In this document: piece by piece, positions 49,152 to 59,228 of the stretch
Layout: the number at the start of each line of letters is the position of its first letter
How positions within the stretch are numbered: position 1 is the stretch's first letter
Source of the DNA: an uncultured Bdellovibrio sp.
GTDB lineage: Bacteria; Bdellovibrionota; Bdellovibrionia; Bdellovibrionales; Bdellovibrionaceae
Direction of reading: 5' to 3'
DNA length: 64,000 nt
Assembly: GCA_963932905.1 (NCBI GenBank)
Contig: CAWVRN010000001.1
Span: 128,001-192,000, forward strand
Notes under the pieces: model-generated
The model's input: only the letters and a program-made list of their open reading frames with translations
The model's database searches: none
Told to the model about the DNA's origin: nothing
Position numbers and translations under genes: made by a program

Positions 49152-50143
49152 CCTTCTTTAATTTTGTCGATCAATTGGCTTAACTCTTCATCAGAGTAAA
49201 ATGCGATGCTGATTTTGCCTTTTGAGTTATGGTAGTCGATATTAACTTTTGTACCAAGCAACTTTTGAAGCTCGTCCGCCAGACCAGCCATCAAACGATT
49301 TGTTACATTTAGGTCCACATTTGCCGCCGAACCCGACTCTTGAGCATCACTTGTTGCCTTTTTCTTAGCTAACGTTTCTAGCTTACGAACACTTATATGC
49401 TCATCGCGAACCATTTTAGCTAGTTCAATCTGTTTTTTAGAGTCATCGACACTTAACAAAACTTTTGCGTGACCAGTTGAAATATCTGAATTCATTAACA
49501 TTTCTTTAATCTCAGTGGGCAACTGAAGCAATCTTAATGCGTTTGATACGGTAGCGCGGTCTTTACCCACCTTTTCGGCAATTTGCTGATGAGAAAGTGA
49601 AAATTCAGATTGTAGTCTTAGATAGCCGTCTGCCTCTTCGATTGGATTTAAATCTTCACGCTGAACGTTCTCTATAATAGATAGTTCTAGTGTTTCTCTG
49701 TCAGAGAAATTTTTGATGATTACGGGAACCTCATGAAGGCCCGCCATTTGCGAAGCTCTCCAGCGGCGCTCACCGGCCACGATTTCAAAACCATCGCCGA
49801 CTTTTCTAACTACGATGGGCTGAAGAATTCCGTTAGATTTTATACTTTGAGATAGTTCCTGAAGTTTTTCTTTTTCAAAGTTACGGCGAGGCTGAAACGC
49901 ACCTGGCTTTAACTTTTCAATACTCATCTGCCAGATTTTTCCCTCTGACAAAGTTTGCGCAGCCGCCAATGGTGGGACTTTCGCAACATCATTTTTGGAT
50001 GCCGCTTGCGAGGTCGGAATATTAGCTTTTAAATTTGCGGGAGTAGCTGTCGGCGCACTGGATTGAGCAGTGTTTGAACCCAACAAAGAACCCAATCCTC
50101 GACCCAATCCTCGCTTCTGTTTTTCTACGGAAACTTCAGACAT
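49139..50143 (-). CDS. parB: Chromosome partitioning protein ParB
   Basis: GLGRGLGSLL, QPRR, GERRWRA, ENVQREDL, HTH. Confidence 0.97.
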   Translation of the reverse strand: MSEVSVEKQKRGLGRGLGSLLGSNTAQSSAPTATPANLKANIPTSQAASKNDVAKVPPLAAAQTLSEGKIWQMSIEKLKPGAFQPRRNFEKEKLQELSQSIKSNGILQPIVVRKVGDGFEIVAGERRWRASQMAGLHEVPVIIKNFSDRETLELSIIENVQREDLNPIEEADGYLRLQSEFSLSHQQIAEKVGKDRATVSNALRLLQLPTEIKEMLMNSDISTGHAKVLLSVDDSKKQIELAKMVRDEHISVRKLETLAKKKATSDAQESGSAANVDLNVTNRLMAGLADELQKLLGTKVNIDYHNSKGKISIAFYSDEELSQLIDKIKEGCQQ

Positions 50144-50958
50144 TAGATGCCTCCCGCAGTCGCCTCAGATGCGCGCTGATTATGTTGAGCTGCAAGTGTT
50201 CTTTGCTCCACCTCTTTAGCTAGCTCCAAATATTTAATTGCCCCGATGGACTTTCCATCGTATTCAAAGATAGATTGGCCATGACTCGGCGCTTCAGAAA
50301 GTCGCACGTTTCTTGGTATGATAGCTTGAAATACTTTTTCACCGAAATGATTTTTAATTTCCGTCACAACTTGATGAGACAGATTATTGCGCGTATCGAA
50401 CATCGTTAATACGATGCCTTCGATATGAAGATCGTGGTTCAACGATTTCTTGATTAGTCCCGCCGTATTCAACAACTGGCTCAAGCCTTCTAGGGCATAG
50501 TATTCACACTGTAATGGCACCAAAAAGCTGTTCGCGGCCGTTAGCGCATTTAGAGTGATTAGCCCCAAAGACGGAGGACAATCGATAATTACATAGTCAA
50601 AGTGTTCAGACAATGTTGCGATTGCTTGTTTCAGTTTGTATTCGCGCTGCGGGATATCCACCAATTCGATTTCTGCGCCGACAAGATCTGGATTTGCGGT
50701 CACGATAAATAGATTTTGATTATTAGTTTTAAGAACTGTTTCAGCTAGTGATTTCTCACCAATTAAAACATGATAAATGTTGTTTTCTTGGCTTTCGTGT
50801 TTTTTAATTCCAAGACCACTCGAGGCATTTCCTTGAGGATCCATGTCTAGGATCAGCACTCGCTTACCCAAAGATGCTAATGCCGCCGATAAATTTACAG
50901 ACGTGGTTGTTTTGCCTACGCCGCCTTTTTGGTTCGCTATGCAGATAACTTTTGCCAT
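50143..50958 (-). CDS. parA: Chromosome partitioning ATPase ParA/Soj
   Basis: NQKGGVGKTT, DMDPQGN, DCPP, EAPSHG. Confidence 0.97.
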   Translation of the reverse strand: MAKVICIANQKGGVGKTTTSVNLSAALASLGKRVLILDMDPQGNASSGLGIKKHESQENNIYHVLIGEKSLAETVLKTNNQNLFIVTANPDLVGAEIELVDIPQREYKLKQAIATLSEHFDYVIIDCPPSLGLITLNALTAANSFLVPLQCEYYALEGLSQLLNTAGLIKKSLNHDLHIEGIVLTMFDTRNNLSHQVVTEIKNHFGEKVFQAIIPRNVRLSEAPSHGQSIFEYDGKSIGAIKYLELAKEVEQRTLAAQHNQRASEATAGGI

Positions 50959-51049
50959 GAAACCCCCTGATGGGAAAATTTATTCTCATTCAAGTATATT
51001 TCAACAAAATTTTGCGTTTTACACTCATGCTTTCATTCTTTTTTTCCGA

Positions 51050-51065
51050 TGTTCCACGTAGAACA
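51050..51065. promoter_or_regulatory. parS site 1 (one mismatch)
   Basis: TGTTCCACGTAGAACA. Confidence 0.85.
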
Positions 51066-51102
51066 TATGAAATCATCGCTTTTTCTTCAAAAACAGCACC
51101 AA

Positions 51103-51118
51103 TGTTCCACGTGGAACA
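51103..51118. promoter_or_regulatory. parS site 2
   Basis: Perfect palindrome TGTTCCACGTGGAACA. Confidence 0.95.
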
Positions 51119-51651
51119 TGTTTTTCGCCCAACTATTTGCAGCGTCCTTGATGTTTCTGTTGGGTTGCGAGCAAAAAGACCCAAAGCCCGAGCTAAAAGA
51201 CAAAATCTATCAAGACATGATCGCTCAACAGGCCGAGGCCGAACGTATAATGAAAGAAATGGAAACCAAAGCCGCAGATGCAAGAAAAACAGCGGCTGAG
51301 GCCAAGATAAACACCGGCATTAAGGAAAAAGCCGAGCGCCAAGCCATTGAGTTCGATAAAGTGCGAGATAAAATGGCTCAGCAAGTTTCCTACTGGAAAA
51401 TTCGAATATTCGAACGACTAAAGCATGTAAGAACAGTCGCTAGCAAAAAGACGGAGCCCTACTCTTACGATTCAGACGAGTGGGATAAGTATCAGTCTGA
51501 AAAGAAGTTAAGGCAGGCGAAGAACGCGTGGGATTTAAAAGCGCGATTCAAAGAAACAGGATTTGATTATAATCCCGTATTAATGGGCGAGGAACCCGGT
51601 AGCAAGCCAAAGGAAAAGCCTAAACCCGCGGAGGGCGGAGGCCATCACTAA
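51118..51651 (+). CDS. Hypothetical coiled-coil lipoprotein
   Basis: MFFAQLFAASLMFLLGC lipobox; charged helical body; upstream in-frame ATGs also exist (51049, 51067). Confidence 0.7.
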   Translation: MFFAQLFAASLMFLLGCEQKDPKPELKDKIYQDMIAQQAEAERIMKEMETKAADARKTAAEAKINTGIKEKAERQAIEFDKVRDKMAQQVSYWKIRIFERLKHVRTVASKKTEPYSYDSDEWDKYQSEKKLRQAKNAWDLKARFKETGFDYNPVLMGEEPGSKPKEKPKPAEGGGHH

Positions 51652-51667
51652 TGTTCCACGTGGAACA
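51652..51667. promoter_or_regulatory. parS site 3
   Basis: TGTTCCACGTGGAACA inside a 26-bp perfect palindrome (51647-51672). Confidence 0.95.
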
Positions 51668-52333
51668 TTAGTTCTTAGTAGTTTTAACGACTCCAAAGCG
51701 AATCTGAGTGGACGGAAGAACATATTCCCTAACAAGGGCCGGAAAAAAGATCGAACATAACTGGGTTGGAATTTCGGTTATCTCTAAACCCCACTGTTCG
51801 CCTTTCATGTGATATAAAACGCCGCCTTTAGGCATAATCTTTCGAGCAAGAAGAATTGTCTTAGAGATATTCCCGAAACCTCTAACAATAGCAAACTTAA
51901 CAGAGTCTGCCGGCAATGACTCAATCGATGCGTGCAACACACTAACATTGCCTATACTTAACGACGTAACGACGTGTTTTAAAAACTCGACTTTTCGCAA
52001 ATCGCTTTCTATTAAAACAACTTTAATTTCGGGATGTAAAATTCCAAAAACTATTCCAGGAAAGCCATTTCCACTACCAAAGTCGTAAATCTCCTTAATC
52101 CCAGGCGAGTCTTCTAAAACAATCTGGCTTCCCAAAATGCAATCTGCAAAATGCAGCGCGTCAGCCACCGGCACTGTTTTGGGGCTCACTAGGCTTAAAG
52201 TTTTATTATGTTTAACTACCAACGCAAAATACGACTGCAACGTCGTGATGGATTTCTCCGTTAGATCAGGAAACCATTCTTTTATTCGCCAAGGTATTTT
52301 GATAGCTTCATCGTTGTTGGTGTTGGCGCTCAA
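51668..52333 (-). CDS. rsmG: 16S rRNA m7G527 methyltransferase RsmG (GidB)
   Basis: HFADC, DFGSGNGFPG, ESDLRKVEFL; follows mnmG. Confidence 0.93.
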   Translation of the reverse strand: MSANTNNDEAIKIPWRIKEWFPDLTEKSITTLQSYFALVVKHNKTLSLVSPKTVPVADALHFADCILGSQIVLEDSPGIKEIYDFGSGNGFPGIVFGILHPEIKVVLIESDLRKVEFLKHVVTSLSIGNVSVLHASIESLPADSVKFAIVRGFGNISKTILLARKIMPKGGVLYHMKGEQWGLEITEIPTQLCSIFFPALVREYVLPSTQIRFGVVKTTKN

Positions 52334-54221
52334 GAGAATTCTCCTTCAGAAGTTTGCGTCCTTTGATATGAATGATCATAGCTTGAATCGCTGAAGGATT
52401 AACACCACTAATGCGTTGAGCTTGGCCCAAGGTTAAGGGTTTTACGCGAGATAATTTTTCGCTCTCTTCATTTGAGAGACCCTTTACATCATAATAAACC
52501 AAATCTGAAGGAATCTTGAATTCTTCTAAGGATTTTGCCTGCTGAATGAGTTCATTTTGTCTGTGAATATAGCCAGAATACTTAACCTCAATTTCAACAG
52601 CATCTAATACATTCGGATCTTCTTTTACATCACCTAAAAAACTCAGAACATTTTCCGTGGTGATTTCAGGCCGACGAAGAAGCTCTTCCAAAGTCGTCGA
52701 CTTTAACAAAGCCGCCGTTTTTAGTTCCGCCATTTTTGCTTGAACGTCCGCGGTCGGCGTAATTCGAGTCTCTTTTAGGCGCGACAAAAGGCTAGCTCGC
52801 CGAGCTTTTACACTTAAAAGTTCCTCGACTCTGGCCTCGGACAATAAACCAATGGCCATCGAAGCACCAGCTAACCTATCGATAGTATTATCTTCTCGCA
52901 AAACAAGTCGGTGCTCCGCACGAGACGTGAACATTCGATAGGGCTCACGAGTTCCTTTTGTTACAAGATCATCAACCAGCACGCCCATGTACGCAAGATC
53001 ACGTCCTAAAATAAATGGTTCTAAATTTCGAAGATATTTATCGGCATTCACGCCGGCTAAAAACCCTTGAGCCGCCGCTTCTTCATATCCTGATGTTCCA
53101 TTAATCTGACCGGCCATAAATAAATTTGAAACCGCACGACTTGCGAGTGATTTTTCAATTTGAGTTGGCTCAAAATAATCATATTCAACGGCGTATCCAT
53201 AGCGGACGACTTTTACGTTTTCTAAACCAGGAATTGTTCTTAAGAATTGGTCTTGAACATCTTCCGGAAGCGACGTTGAAATACCCTGAAGATAAATCAA
53301 ATCACTTTCTAAGCTTTCAGGCTCTAAAAATGTTTGATGAGAATCGCGATCCGCAAAGCGATGAATTTTATCTTCGATACTTGGGCAGTATCGCGGACCA
53401 ACGCCTTCGATGACTCCGCAAAACATTGGCGACTTATCTAAATTTTTGCGAATTATGTCGTGAGTTTCTTCAGATGTGCGAGATAAATAACACGCAATTT
53501 GAGGTAGCTGAGGAAATTCACGAGTGCTGAAGCTAAATGGATAAAAATTAGAATCACCAAACTGCTCTTGAGTTTTAGACCAATCGATAGAATCCTTGTG
53601 CAAACGTGCTGGAGTTCCTGTTTTCAAACGTTGAACATTTAAGCCAAATGATTTTAATTGATCCGACAAACCAACAGAGGCTTTGTCACCAATGCGCCCG
53701 CCTTCGATCTGCTTCAAACCGAAATGCATAACGCCATTCATGAATGTACCCGTAGTTAAAATGACTACTTTACTAAAAATTTGGGATGAGTCGGGAAGAA
53801 TGACTCCATGACAGTGGCTACCCTCAAGGACAAGTGCTTTCACTTCTGATTCTAAAATAGAAAGATTCGGTTGAGTCGCACAAATTTCTTTCATGCGACG
53901 AGAATATTTAATTTTATCTGATTGAACGCGCGTTCCGCGAACCGCTGGTCCACGAGACGCATTTAATCTTTTAAATTGAATGCACGTTTCATCTGCGACT
54001 TGTCCCATTTGTCCGCCAAGAACATCTATCTCGCGAACCATGTGACCTTTTGCCAATCCACCAATACTTGGATTGCAGCTCATATACCCAATGCGATCTT
54101 TGTTCGACGTTACGAGCAAAGTCTTGTGTCCTAAGCGAGCCGTGGCTAAGCACGCTTCGATCCCCGCATGACCGCCGCCGACAACAATTACATCAAAATC
54201 AAAACTATTAGGTATTTTCAC
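52308..54221 (-). CDS. mnmG: tRNA modification enzyme MnmG (GidA)
   Basis: GGGHAGIEA, SCNPSIGG, GPRYCPSIE, GQINGTSGYEEA. Confidence 0.98.
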   Translation of the reverse strand: MKIPNSFDFDVIVVGGGHAGIEACLATARLGHKTLLVTSNKDRIGYMSCNPSIGGLAKGHMVREIDVLGGQMGQVADETCIQFKRLNASRGPAVRGTRVQSDKIKYSRRMKEICATQPNLSILESEVKALVLEGSHCHGVILPDSSQIFSKVVILTTGTFMNGVMHFGLKQIEGGRIGDKASVGLSDQLKSFGLNVQRLKTGTPARLHKDSIDWSKTQEQFGDSNFYPFSFSTREFPQLPQIACYLSRTSEETHDIIRKNLDKSPMFCGVIEGVGPRYCPSIEDKIHRFADRDSHQTFLEPESLESDLIYLQGISTSLPEDVQDQFLRTIPGLENVKVVRYGYAVEYDYFEPTQIEKSLASRAVSNLFMAGQINGTSGYEEAAAQGFLAGVNADKYLRNLEPFILGRDLAYMGVLVDDLVTKGTREPYRMFTSRAEHRLVLREDNTIDRLAGASMAIGLLSEARVEELLSVKARRASLLSRLKETRITPTADVQAKMAELKTAALLKSTTLEELLRRPEITTENVLSFLGDVKEDPNVLDAVEIEVKYSGYIHRQNELIQQAKSLEEFKIPSDLVYYDVKGLSNEESEKLSRVKPLTLGQAQRISGVNPSAIQAMIIHIKGRKLLKENSLERQHQQR

Positions 54222-54511
54222 TGGTTAGCTATTTAATCCTTAATAGGGGAAAAATCCATCCCTAGTTCAAAACAGCCATTTTTTACAAAAATTTCCTTAG
54301 AAAAGGAAAAACATAGCGAGGCTCAAAGCGACTACAGAGTAGTGAATACAAATCTGAACACTGAGAACCTTCTAAAATCGAACTGATCACAAAGAACGTA
54401 AACTTAAATGCTCACCATAGAATTAAAAGACAACAGAAGCCAAAGCTACTGATCTATATGACAAAACGGTTGATCAAATCTGAAAAGCTAGCGAGTTTTG
54501 ACTACTCAAAG

Positions 54512-55945
54512 CTATTTTCCTAAGCAGAATTCCTTAAATACCTTATCCAGGATCTGGTCATCATAGACTTCGCCAACCGTACGTTGAAGAGCCATCAAAG
54601 AATCCTTCAAATCAAAAGCAATAAATTCAGATCCAAGCTGACTTTTTAGTCCCGTGATCACTTTCAATAAAAGATCATAGGCCTGACGTAGTTCTTCTCT
54701 TTGTCGAGCACTCGAAACCGACACCGATTCTATATGAGCAAACTTAGCTATCCAATAGTCATAGACTCGGCCGAGCACGTTTTGCTTAGTTTTTGAGCTC
54801 TTACAGCTCGTAAAAAGTATCGAATTATCATCAAAAATGTAGGGTTTTTCGTCGATAATTGACCCTAAAATGGCCTTTAATTCTGCCTGTTTAGCGGGCA
54901 ACTGTTCATTTTCCAAAAGGTCGACCTTATTAAGAATAAATAAAGTGCGCTCTAAATTTAAGTCTTTAAAAATCAGCTCATGCTGATCCTTCAAAGGTTT
55001 CGTAGCATCAAGGATAACTAAATTAATAAAACTACCTTGGCGCTCTTTAATTGATCGCTCGACCCCAATTTTCTCTATCGGATCGCTCGAATTCACTCGA
55101 ATTCCAGCAGTATCTACCAACGTGAACTTCAAATTTTTAAATAGAAGGTCTTCGCGAATTACGTCTCGGGTTGTTCCTGCAATATCAGACACAATTGAGC
55201 GATCGTTTCCTAATAAAACATTCATCAAACTTGATTTCCCAACATTTGGCTCACCACTGAGGACCAAAACAATCCCATCTTTTAAAACGCGTCCGGTTTC
55301 GTAGGTATCAAGTAAGTCTTTGAAATGATTTTGAACGTTTTCAAGTTTGTTAATTAAAACTGTGTCTTCAACAACCGAGATTCCTTGCTCAGAAAAATCT
55401 ATTCCCGCTTCGATATGCGCTAAACACCAAACAATATCATCTTTGATGCTAGTTAGTTTTGTTGAAAGCTCACCTTTTAATTGGCGAAGTGCTAGTTCTG
55501 AACCCAATTCCGAGTGTGAATGAATCAAAGAAAGAACGCTTTCTGCTTGAATCAAATCCAGCCGATCATTCATGAACGCACGGTAAGTAAATTCACCATT
55601 AATCGCAAGTTCACAACCATTTCGGCATAGCTCATTTAAAATAGCGGTGCAAATAACCGGCGATCCGTGACAAGAGATCTCGACCACACGCTCACCGGTA
55701 AAAGATTTCCCGGCTTCAAATGGTAGAACTAAAACCTCATCAATAGATTTTTCTGTCTGAGTGTTTAAAAACTCATCCAAAAACGCTTTGTGAGATTCAA
55801 ATTTTCGATTTTTTTTCTTAAGAGATTTCTGGGTGATTTCAAAAGCGTTTGGGCCACTGACACGGATCACAGAAATACCGCCGTAGCCCATAGGTGTAGA
55901 GACAGAGCAAATAGTTAAATGATCTCTGCCTTCACCAAAATTCAT
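54512..55945 (-). CDS. mnmE: tRNA modification GTPase MnmE (TrmE)
   Basis: GEPNVGKSS, GTTRD, DTAG, NKVD, terminal FCLGK. Confidence 0.98.
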   Translation of the reverse strand: MNFGEGRDHLTICSVSTPMGYGGISVIRVSGPNAFEITQKSLKKKNRKFESHKAFLDEFLNTQTEKSIDEVLVLPFEAGKSFTGERVVEISCHGSPVICTAILNELCRNGCELAINGEFTYRAFMNDRLDLIQAESVLSLIHSHSELGSELALRQLKGELSTKLTSIKDDIVWCLAHIEAGIDFSEQGISVVEDTVLINKLENVQNHFKDLLDTYETGRVLKDGIVLVLSGEPNVGKSSLMNVLLGNDRSIVSDIAGTTRDVIREDLLFKNLKFTLVDTAGIRVNSSDPIEKIGVERSIKERQGSFINLVILDATKPLKDQHELIFKDLNLERTLFILNKVDLLENEQLPAKQAELKAILGSIIDEKPYIFDDNSILFTSCKSSKTKQNVLGRVYDYWIAKFAHIESVSVSSARQREELRQAYDLLLKVITGLKSQLGSEFIAFDLKDSLMALQRTVGEVYDDQILDKVFKEFCLGK

Positions 55946-55948
55946 ATA

Positions 55949-56506
55949 CTAATCTTGTGCACTAACGTTTTCAGCGTCAGGAGCGTTTTCATTTTTTGAT
56001 GGATAAATTTTAATTTTCTTGTAAAGGCCTTCACCTAGAGAACGACTTTTTACGCGTGTGTCTTTCGAAAGATATTGGTGCACCACTTTTCTCTCTTTCG
56101 GAGGAAGAGCGCGGTAATAAACAGCCTTGTTTTGAGTGATAGCAATTTCTTTCAAGTTATCAGCGCGCTCGATTAGTGCCGCTTCCGATTCTTCACGATA
56201 ACCGCCGCAATCTACTAATACATTTGAACGGTCTTCAGGAAAATGATGCTGAACAACTCGCTTAAGTAACAATTGAAAAGAATCTAGTAGCTGACCTTTT
56301 CTGTCTTTGAATAGTTCTTCATCGGGGCCAGACAATTGAATATCAAAACTGTAGCTATCGCCATCTTGTTTTTCTGTTTTGATTTCATATTCTAGTTCAA
56401 ACCCACCGTTGGCTAACAAACCTTCAAGTGTTTGTCTTAATAAATCCTCAACTGGGCTGTCAGACGATTTCTTACCCGTTCCAAATAGTTTTTTGAAAAA
56501 ATTCAT
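55949..56506 (-). CDS. jag: Jag/KhpB/EloR family RNA-binding protein (KH plus R3H)
   Basis: RKVVH R3H motif, SRSLGEG; position between yidC and mnmE. Confidence 0.88.
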   Translation of the reverse strand: MNFFKKLFGTGKKSSDSPVEDLLRQTLEGLLANGGFELEYEIKTEKQDGDSYSFDIQLSGPDEELFKDRKGQLLDSFQLLLKRVVQHHFPEDRSNVLVDCGGYREESEAALIERADNLKEIAITQNKAVYYRALPPKERKVVHQYLSKDTRVKSRSLGEGLYKKIKIYPSKNENAPDAENVSAQD

Positions 56507-56527
56507 TTTTCCTCCTGAGTAATAGGC

Positions 56528-58132
56528 TTATGCTGCTTTATTAGTTTTCATCATTGCATACTGTTGGATCACGCCGAACAAGGCGCTCACGAACATGTAT
56601 AGAGTTAATCCGCTTGGTAAATTGATCATGAACACAGTAAATACTAATGGCATGTACATTAAAATTTTCGCCTGCATTGGATCCATCTGTGTCGGCGTTA
56701 ATTTCTGCTGAACGAACATTGTGATACCCATCAAGATAGGTAAAACAAAGAATTTATCATGAGCACTTAAATCTTGAATCCACAACATAAATGGGCTGCC
56801 ATACAATTCAATGCTAGAGCCAATTACGCGGTATAGAGCAAAGAAGATTGGGATCTGAAGCAACATAGGAAGACATCCACCAAATGGATTAGCTTTGTTT
56901 TCCTTCATCAAATTCATCACTTCTTGATTCATACGAACAGGATCGTCTTTGTATTTTTCACGAACCGCGGTCATTAACGGCTGGATTTTTTGCATCGCTT
57001 TCATTGATTTATAAGACATCAAATTGAAAGGTAACACGAACAAACGAACCATTAGCGTTAACAAAATAATAGCGATACCCCAATTAGGAATCTGCAAGAA
57101 GAACCATTTCATCGTGAACAACAATGGTTTTGCGATGAACGTCATCCAACCAAAATTAATAATTTGTGCTAATTCAGGATGTACTTCGTTAAGGATATCA
57201 ATTGATTTGGGACCAGCAAAATAAGTTTGGGTTAATGTCACATCCTTAATACCGTCATTCACTTTATAAACCAATTCAGCTGCTGCCGTTTTTTTATCAA
57301 ATGAACTTGCCATTTTTGCTTCAGGAATTGTGTCAGACTGATCCACTATCGCGGCTGCAAAGTACTGACTTCCAATCGCTAACAAGTTTACGCCCTTAGC
57401 TTCGCCAGTGGTGTCTTGCTTAGCTGAAGAGAAATTTAAAGTGGTGTGAGTGTTTTCGTGAGCCACATAGAAATCTTGATGTTCATAAGAAGGAAACAAC
57501 CAAGAGGTGCTATGATTATCCATTGTTTTTTCAGGAATGAAAAACTTAACTGACGGCGCGTTTTTGTCATTCAAAGAAACAAGTTTTGTAGACGATTTGA
57601 ATGAGTTATTTTTTTCAATAAATTCAAGGCTTCTTTCAATTTTTACCGAGGCATCTGAATAGGTGCCTCTATATTTGCCCTTTTCGACTTCTTGAACATC
57701 AAAATAAACATCTGATCCATCCGCCAACTTTAGTTCGAATAATCCCAATGTGTCCGACACACCAATCTTGATTGTTTGACCGGCTTTATCTTTATAGTTT
57801 TTAATTTCGACGTTTTTTACACCTAAGCCGCGAGACGAAACATTGAAGGAAATATTTTGTCCATCAAAGGTGAATACTTTCTCTTCCGTTTTAGCGACTG
57901 ATTTAGCATCCGCCGACGGTGCACTAGCTTCAACTGTAGTCGATTGCGCGGGCTTATCTGCCGTAGGTGTCGCCGACGTTGTCGGAACCGCTTCTTGAGC
58001 GGCTTCTGGCTTTTTACCGTAGCCTGGGTATTTCTTTTGAAGGTACTGATTCCATCCAAAATAAAAAAGTGCAAACACTAACATGGCTACAATGAAACGA
58101 CCGTTAAATGGACTATTATTTTGATCTTGCAC
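56528..58132 (-). CDS. yidC: Membrane protein insertase YidC
   Basis: NWGIAIILLTLMVR, NPFGGCLPMLLQIPIFFALY, PSGLTLY. Confidence 0.97.
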   Translation of the reverse strand: MQDQNNSPFNGRFIVAMLVFALFYFGWNQYLQKKYPGYGKKPEAAQEAVPTTSATPTADKPAQSTTVEASAPSADAKSVAKTEEKVFTFDGQNISFNVSSRGLGVKNVEIKNYKDKAGQTIKIGVSDTLGLFELKLADGSDVYFDVQEVEKGKYRGTYSDASVKIERSLEFIEKNNSFKSSTKLVSLNDKNAPSVKFFIPEKTMDNHSTSWLFPSYEHQDFYVAHENTHTTLNFSSAKQDTTGEAKGVNLLAIGSQYFAAAIVDQSDTIPEAKMASSFDKKTAAAELVYKVNDGIKDVTLTQTYFAGPKSIDILNEVHPELAQIINFGWMTFIAKPLLFTMKWFFLQIPNWGIAIILLTLMVRLFVLPFNLMSYKSMKAMQKIQPLMTAVREKYKDDPVRMNQEVMNLMKENKANPFGGCLPMLLQIPIFFALYRVIGSSIELYGSPFMLWIQDLSAHDKFFVLPILMGITMFVQQKLTPTQMDPMQAKILMYMPLVFTVFMINLPSGLTLYMFVSALFGVIQQYAMMKTNKAA

Positions 58133-58428
58133 TAAGATCTCCTTTCGGGAACAGGGTCATAACCGCCTTGAGAAAAAGGCCGACATTTACATAACCTAAT
58201 TGATACAAGCTTGATAGCGAAAAATGGATTGTGAACATGGAAACACTCCACCGCATATTCAGAGCACGAAGGATGAAACTTGCAGTTTCCACCCATAAAT
58301 TGAGTTCCTAGTGTACGGTAAGCACCGATCAATAATAGACCTAAAAATTTTAAACTATTTTGAAGTAAAAAAAGTGCTTTATTTGACACTTTTAGGGGCG
58401 TGTTTCTTACTAATGAATTTAATCCCAT
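58132..58428 (-). CDS. yidD: Membrane protein insertion efficiency factor YidD
   Basis: CKFHPSCSEY...RLCKCRPF..GGYDPVP; start uncertain. Confidence 0.92.
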   Translation of the reverse strand: MGLNSLVRNTPLKVSNKALFLLQNSLKFLGLLLIGAYRTLGTQFMGGNCKFHPSCSEYAVECFHVHNPFFAIKLVSIRLCKCRPFSQGGYDPVPERRS

Positions 58429-58765
58429 TATTTAATACTTTTTTGAAACTCAAAAAACTCATCTTTTTATAGAAATCATCGCTCATCGGCTTGATGAACA
58501 CGGAAAACCTAACAATCAGCTCTGGATGTTCTTTTAAAAACTCCCCAAGTTCTTGTCGCAACCACCGTTTAATGCGATTTCTAACGGCGGCGTTTCCTAC
58601 TTTTCGACTTAATATAAATCCGATTTGGGATTTTGGGGAACTTGGATCATAATCTCCGTCCATGCTAACTAGCATCCACGAAGCAGCCCAAAATTTTATT
58701 CCCCGCTCTTTAAGATATAAAAAATCAGAGTTTTTATTGATTGAACTAAATGGCTTACTTACCAC
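58379..58765 (-). CDS. rnpA: Ribonuclease P protein component
   Basis: [22 protein letters not shown]. Confidence 0.92.
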   Translation of the reverse strand: MVSKPFSSINKNSDFLYLKERGIKFWAASWMLVSMDGDYDPSSPKSQIGFILSRKVGNAAVRNRIKRWLRQELGEFLKEHPELIVRFSVFIKPMSDDFYKKMSFLSFKKVLNNGIKFISKKHAPKSVK

Positions 58766-58904
58766 TAATCTCTACAGAAAGCTTCTTACGTCCTTTAGCA
58801 CGTCTACGGCTAAGAACTTTTTGTCCATCTTTAGTTTTCATACGAGTTCTGAAACCATGTGTTTTTTTACGGCGTTTTTTTGACGGTTGATACGTTCTTT
58901 TCAT
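58755..58904 (-). CDS. rpmH: 50S ribosomal protein L34 (not in ORF track)
   Basis: Hand translation [58 protein letters not shown]. Confidence 0.97.
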   Translation of the reverse strand: MKRTYQPSKKRRKKTHGFRTRMKTKDGQKVLSRRRAKGRKKLSVEISGK

Positions 58905-59228
58905 TGTAATCTCCTTAAGTGGCAGAACTAAAAATTAGATTCATCTTTATGTACTTAATAAACTAATTTTACAAGCAGAAATTTGATCCAGCGGTCGTAA
59001 CTGCTGAAACATTCCTTGGTTTTGCGGGTTGTTCCCGGGAATCTTTAAAATACTTAGTATGATCAAATCAAGCACCCACTACCCATTGTAAAAATTTTAT
59101 AAGATACCACTAGATACGTGGTCCCTAAAAATTCACAATGCAGCATATAGGACTAGTGTTGAAAAGCCCATAGTCCCTTGCTAATCCTTGTCCTCTTATC
59201 TTTTTTTAGAACGTTCAGAGGGGTTATA

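Noticed and set aside
50970..51299. Overlapping ORFs containing MFHVEH / VPRRT / CSTWN
   Set aside because: These peptides are translations of the parS palindromes, not separate genes
54222..54511. 290-bp gap between mnmE and mnmG as a hidden gene or sRNA
   Set aside because: I found no convincing ORF, long stem or repeat by eye
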